DNA from: an uncultured virus (IMG/VR IMGVR_UViG_3300005526_000009)
Lineage: Duplodnaviria; Heunggongvirae; Uroviricota; Caudoviricetes
Length of the DNA stretch: 20,000 nucleotides
Virus record (IMG/VR): IMGVR_UViG_3300005526_000009
Strand: one strand, 5' to 3'
The notes beneath the pieces are model-generated. The model was not told the origin of the DNA. It was given only the letters and a program-made list of their open reading frames with translations, and searched no databases. Of this stretch, positions 16,105-20,000 are shown one piece after another (position 1 is the stretch's first letter; each line of letters opens with the position of its first letter). Both the position numbers and the translations under genes were made by a program.

Positions 16105-16677
16105 TTATGCCTTTGGTTCTATCTCTTCAATATTAATATGGCTTAATAAAACATTCTCTGTATTGTCATTTATTTTGATTGCTATTTGGCATCCGTTTGG
16201 GTAATCCTCAACAAAATGTTCTGTGTCTTTATAACTAAACAATCTCATTTTATCACCATGTCTTATTTCATTGACCTCAAAATATGTTGCCTTTTCCTCC
16301 ATGTTATCAAGTTTAATAAACTCAAATGCTATAGATGAATTCTCAAGAGAATATCCTACAGTATCACCAACTCCTAGCGCATCTGTGTATTCTGGGTGCT
16401 GGTGTTCGTATCGAATCCTTGTTTGTCCGGTTTTGGTATCAAAACCAACATGAAAACACTTTACAATACTGTTTCCAGTATGTGGTGCTGCTGACCATCT
16501 CACATTTATTTCATTGTATGGTGCTAAAGAATCTGGTGAGTTTAGCCTAGCTTCAAACTTTACCACACTGCTTCTATATGCATTTGGTGTGTTTGTGTCA
16601 AAAACAAAGGTGGAATTTCGTATGGAGAAATTTGAGTTACTGTTACCGGTTAACTTGTATATATCTGCTAATTGCAT
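16105..16677 (-). CDS. Beta-rich single-domain protein, paralogue of 16726..17310 and of the C-terminal domain of 18191..19975
   Basis: NEINVRWSAAPH, VKCFHVGF, RIRYEHQHPEYTD, YPNG. Confidence 0.85.
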   Translation of the reverse strand: MQLADIYKLTGNSNSNFSIRNSTFVFDTNTPNAYRSSVVKFEARLNSPDSLAPYNEINVRWSAAPHTGNSIVKCFHVGFDTKTGQTRIRYEHQHPEYTDALGVGDTVGYSLENSSIAFEFIKLDNMEEKATYFEVNEIRHGDKMRLFSYKDTEHFVEDYPNGCQIAIKINDNTENVLLSHINIEEIEPKA

Positions 16678-16699
16678 TAACCAGTATAAACTGAATATG

Positions 16700-16707
16700 T
16701 TATAAAA
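16700..16707 (-). promoter_or_regulatory. TATA box, leaderless start of 16677 gene
   Basis: TTTTATAA 23-30 nt upstream of ATG; shares TATAACATA with the 2292-2300 promoter region. Confidence 0.55.
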
Positions 16708-16725
16708 ATGTTATGATATATGGGA

Positions 16726-17310
16726 TTAATATCCATAGACTAAAGGCTCAATCTCGGCAACTGACACATTACTCAGTATTATGTCATTGTTGTAGTCCTT
16801 CACTTTTATCGCTATCTGGGTTCCATTTGGATACTCATCTACATAGTGTTCTCTCTCCCTGAAGTTGAACAATTCCTTCCATCCACTTTCATCTATTCTC
16901 TGTGAAACTATGAATAATGTTGACCTGTCAAAGAAATCAATTTTTACAAACTTCAACTCAATTGGTTTGGCTGTGGATACTGGTGCGCCTTGTGTTCCAC
17001 CAACTGCCAGAACATCAGTGTATTCTGGATGTTGGTGTTCGTATCGAATCCTGGTTTTGCCGTTTACGATACCAAACGCAACATCAAAACACTTTACTAT
17101 GTTGTCACCTATATGTGGCGCAATTGACCATCTTACCGATATCTCATTATCAGGATAGCCTGTATATGGTGAATTGAGTTGGACTGAGAATGATATTTCA
17201 CTGTTTCTGTATTCATTTCTATTGTTTGTGGAAAACAATAATGTTGAGTTTCTAATTGAAAAATTTGTATTCCTGTTACCAGTATACTTGTAGATATCTG
17301 CTGATTGCAT
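16726..17310 (-). CDS. Beta-rich single-domain protein, tandem paralogue of 16105..16677
   Basis: MQSADIYKYTGN vs MQLADIYKLTGN; identical RIRYEHQHPEYTD; near-identical DNA at 17018-17052 vs 16385-16419. Confidence 0.85.
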   Translation of the reverse strand: MQSADIYKYTGNRNTNFSIRNSTLLFSTNNRNEYRNSEISFSVQLNSPYTGYPDNEISVRWSIAPHIGDNIVKCFDVAFGIVNGKTRIRYEHQHPEYTDVLAVGGTQGAPVSTAKPIELKFVKIDFFDRSTLFIVSQRIDESGWKELFNFREREHYVDEYPNGTQIAIKVKDYNNDIILSNVSVAEIEPLVYGY

Positions 17311-17348
17311 TGAATTTTATAAATGGTGTATATAATAAAAACATTATG

Positions 17349-18191
17349 TCATATGGGAATAAAAGCCATGTTGTTTTCCCATATGGTAATTTTGTATTTG
17401 TTGAAGAAGTTTGGTCCACCCATCAGGCATCTTGGATCACCACCACGTGCAAAGTCCTCATCATCATCCCTTGCCGTTACCTTGATGTTGCTCAATGTTA
17501 GGGGTATGGGTTTTGTCTCATCCCATTTGAATGTCCCAACAGCGTTTGACTCACCATTGCCTGATTTCCCATCACTTGATATCTTGAACCCTGCCTTGTC
17601 GCAGTAGGAACGTGGTATTATGAATCGGTAATCCCCAGTGTTGATATTGAACCACACGTTGGAATATGTTTTTGAGCCTATCATTGTTCCCTTTGACCAG
17701 TAATGTGCTGATGTGGGTGTGCCTGTTCTCTGCTGTGCTGGTGGCATTGTGATGATTCCTGGTGTTGAGAGTTCAGGTGGTTGTCCCATTGATTTTGGGT
17801 AGAATGTCGTCTTTGTGGTTTCAAAAACTATGGACAGATATGGCATCAGATCATAAACCCTGACCAATGGGTATCTGTTGGACTGTTTCCTAAACAGGTC
17901 ATAATGTGCCTTGTCCTGCACCATAATTGGAATGTCCAGTATTTGGTCACTATTAAACCCAGGTATTTTGATTTTCCCTGGCTGCGCCTTTCTCTTTGAT
18001 GTGGAAACCTGGCCACCAAAAGCCTTTAGAAGTTGCAATGGAACATCTGTTGGGGATGATGCACCAGTATCAAAGTTAAACTTGATGGGGTCACTCCAAC
18101 TTCCATCCGGTTTCTGCATCTGGATAGGAATGATTGGTCGTGATGATGAGGGTTTGGAACTGGTGTAGTTTGTTGGAATTGCCAGTGACAT
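17349..18191 (-). CDS. Two-domain retropepsin-like aspartic protease homologue (DTG + NTG)
   Basis: Domain 1 RPIIPIQM...FNFDTGAS (D41). Domain 2 FNINTGDY (N184)...CLMGGPNFFNKYKITI. TAATG-coupled to upstream gene. Confidence 0.75.
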   Translation of the reverse strand: MSLAIPTNYTSSKPSSSRPIIPIQMQKPDGSWSDPIKFNFDTGASSPTDVPLQLLKAFGGQVSTSKRKAQPGKIKIPGFNSDQILDIPIMVQDKAHYDLFRKQSNRYPLVRVYDLMPYLSIVFETTKTTFYPKSMGQPPELSTPGIITMPPAQQRTGTPTSAHYWSKGTMIGSKTYSNVWFNINTGDYRFIIPRSYCDKAGFKISSDGKSGNGESNAVGTFKWDETKPIPLTLSNIKVTARDDDEDFARGGDPRCLMGGPNFFNKYKITIWENNMAFIPI

Positions 18192-19975
18192 TACTGTAGT
18201 GACCTCTTTTGTGGCATTACCTCAACATAGCTCAGCCATTTGCTTTTGAGGTTTTCCTCAATCCCGTCACCGTCCAAACGGAGGACAGCATATATACCGT
18301 CTGGATAGTCTGTAACACTGTATTGTTTGTCCACCTTCCACTGTGCTAACTGAACCCATTCGTTTGCGGGTTTGTCGCCTTCATTGTTCCCCTGATCCTG
18401 CCATGCTTCAAGCTGGACAGTGCCATCCGGTAGGGTGATTCTGATGAATTTCCATCCACGATATTTGGATTCCAATGGCAAGCCGTTCCTTGAACCTGTA
18501 GCCAATGTGTTGGTGTAGTTGGGGTGTGGGTCTTCATAGCGATATCGTGCAGCACCATTTTTATTACCAACACCAATATCAAGGCATTTGACATGGTTTC
18601 CATCGGAGTGAGTCGTTACTGACCATTTTCCCGATACCTCATCGTCAGGTGCTTGGTTGATCGAGAAGTAGCCTGTGACCTCACCGTTTGGTGTTGGGAA
18701 TTTTACAGCGTCAAAGTTGTGTCTCAGTCCCTGGTTTGGTTTCAATATGTAGTCATATGTTATTTTTCCTGTTTGTGGGTATATCGATTTGACACCAAAT
18801 TTGTCAGCATCACCACCTGTTGGGTTTGGTGGGGGATTGCCTGGGTCTGTAGGTGGGGGTGTTGGGGTTGTTCCTGCTGCAACAACTTCCCTTACTGATG
18901 CATACTTGAAGTCTGGTGGGTCTCCCTTTGTAATGCCATCGATGCGGGATGTTACCAACGAGCCTGTAGGTGTAATAAAGTGTGCGTGGTCCAACTGTCC
19001 GGTATCGTTTACTGACCAGTATTCCCTCCAGTTGTTTGGTGGGTTGTTTATGTCAGTAACAGGTGTGTCAAGGTATGTTGCGATATAGCGGTCCTTTCCG
19101 TTGTTGATAAGATATGTTATGACTTTCACACCAATCCACTGCCCCACAATGGACTGGCCTATCTTGAATTTTGTTGGCTGGTGGTTTTGGAAATAGACGG
19201 GATGTGGTGATTCAGTCTTTAGTGTTTCCTTGTCTGAGCCATCGGTCTGTATTTCTGAAATATACCATGAACGGCCATCACCGTCCTGATGGGATGGACC
19301 CAACACCTTGGTTGAAATGTTGTCAGTTTCATCCTTAAATCCATTGATTTTCACATAATATGTTACCTCGATATCGGAGAGTTTGTCACCCAAATCGGCG
19401 GTGTATTCACAACTCCATTCCGATGGTGCGCCACTTGCGTAATTGCGCTCCTTTTCCTCCAGTGTAAAGTCTGTGTTTATCTTGCCACCTGTCTTGTCAG
19501 GTGCTATTTTAAGGATGCCAAACTGGTCCTTGTCTCCGGTTGGTGGGGGATGATCAGGTGTATCAGGAACACATTTTCCTGTTTCGTCATGGTGGTATCC
19601 TGGTTCACATATACCTGGTGTTACTGGTGGGTCTGGAGGTAACGGACCATGTTTCTTGGACCAATCTATGAATTGTTGGGCTGTGTCTTCAGAAGTAAAG
19701 TTTGTTGCGATGTTTACCTTTTTGTCATCGACAACCTTGAACTGGTCCTTTGGTTTCTTCATTTTGGATACCTTCCATTTGGCAGGGTTGTTGTTTCCAC
19801 CCCATCCTCCATGAAGGACGGTTCCCTTTTCTGGTGGTTGGGCATCTGGATCTGGGTCAGGATCAGGATTGGGTGTGGTGCTCACTATCTCCAGTGAAAA
19901 GTTTTTAATATCGGTAATCTTATATTTTATTCCGTTTATGATGATCATAGGCTCTGTTGCTGACATTATTACCAC
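18191..19975 (-). CDS. Multidomain Pro-linker protein with two copies of a beta-rich (possibly carbohydrate-binding) domain; start may be ATG 19966
   Basis: Repeats begin DKDQFGILKIAP / DADKFGVKSIYP and share EVT.Y, H.DG, E.PHP.Y, G.K, N.W, R.DG, S..EV. PD/PP linkers; mini-module CEPGYHHDETGKC. Confidence 0.85.
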   Translation of the reverse strand: MVIMSATEPMIIINGIKYKITDIKNFSLEIVSTTPNPDPDPDPDAQPPEKGTVLHGGWGGNNNPAKWKVSKMKKPKDQFKVVDDKKVNIATNFTSEDTAQQFIDWSKKHGPLPPDPPVTPGICEPGYHHDETGKCVPDTPDHPPPTGDKDQFGILKIAPDKTGGKINTDFTLEEKERNYASGAPSEWSCEYTADLGDKLSDIEVTYYVKINGFKDETDNISTKVLGPSHQDGDGRSWYISEIQTDGSDKETLKTESPHPVYFQNHQPTKFKIGQSIVGQWIGVKVITYLINNGKDRYIATYLDTPVTDINNPPNNWREYWSVNDTGQLDHAHFITPTGSLVTSRIDGITKGDPPDFKYASVREVVAAGTTPTPPPTDPGNPPPNPTGGDADKFGVKSIYPQTGKITYDYILKPNQGLRHNFDAVKFPTPNGEVTGYFSINQAPDDEVSGKWSVTTHSDGNHVKCLDIGVGNKNGAARYRYEDPHPNYTNTLATGSRNGLPLESKYRGWKFIRITLPDGTVQLEAWQDQGNNEGDKPANEWVQLAQWKVDKQYSVTDYPDGIYAVLRLDGDGIEENLKSKWLSYVEVMPQKRSLQ

Positions 19976-20000
19976 TAAGTAACGACGGATATATATTAGT

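Noticed and set aside
16105..17310. Paralogue pair as DGR template/variable repeats
   Set aside because: Both are full ORFs, differences are not adenine-specific and are spread throughout, and no RT is in the window; ordinary tandem duplication.
19845..19875. Short tandem repeats (also near 12205-12240)
   Set aside because: Degenerate codons for Pro-Asp linkers, not DNA-level repeats.
1..20000. CRISPR array, IS element, intron or intein
   Set aside because: No regularly spaced repeats, terminal inverted repeats, transposase or splicing motifs seen by eye.

Overview
Segment of a tailed (HK97-fold, Caudoviricetes-type) virus genome, most likely infecting archaea. Inferred host: soil ammonia-oxidising Nitrososphaeraceae, based on a tRNA-Gln with A1-U72, TATA-box/leaderless gene starts, oligo-T terminators and host-like domains recognised from memory. 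The minus strand carries a head module (prohead protease/scaffold, decoration protein, major capsid protein, small Lys-rich protein), a GT-A glycosyltransferase, a tightly coupled run of small accessory genes with an Rnl5/DRB0094-type RNA ligase and an RHH protein, a 1324-aa LamG/beta-repeat protein with apparently nested architecture, a virion-type domain fused to a degenerate metallophosphoesterase, a tRNA-Gln(CTG), four copies of one beta-rich domain over three genes, and a two-domain retropepsin-like protein (DTG/NTG). The plus strand at 1-2080 carries small genes including four Cys/His Zn-finger proteins. No terminase, portal, integrase, polymerase, RT or CRISPR seen. All family calls are by eye from motifs; no database search was run.
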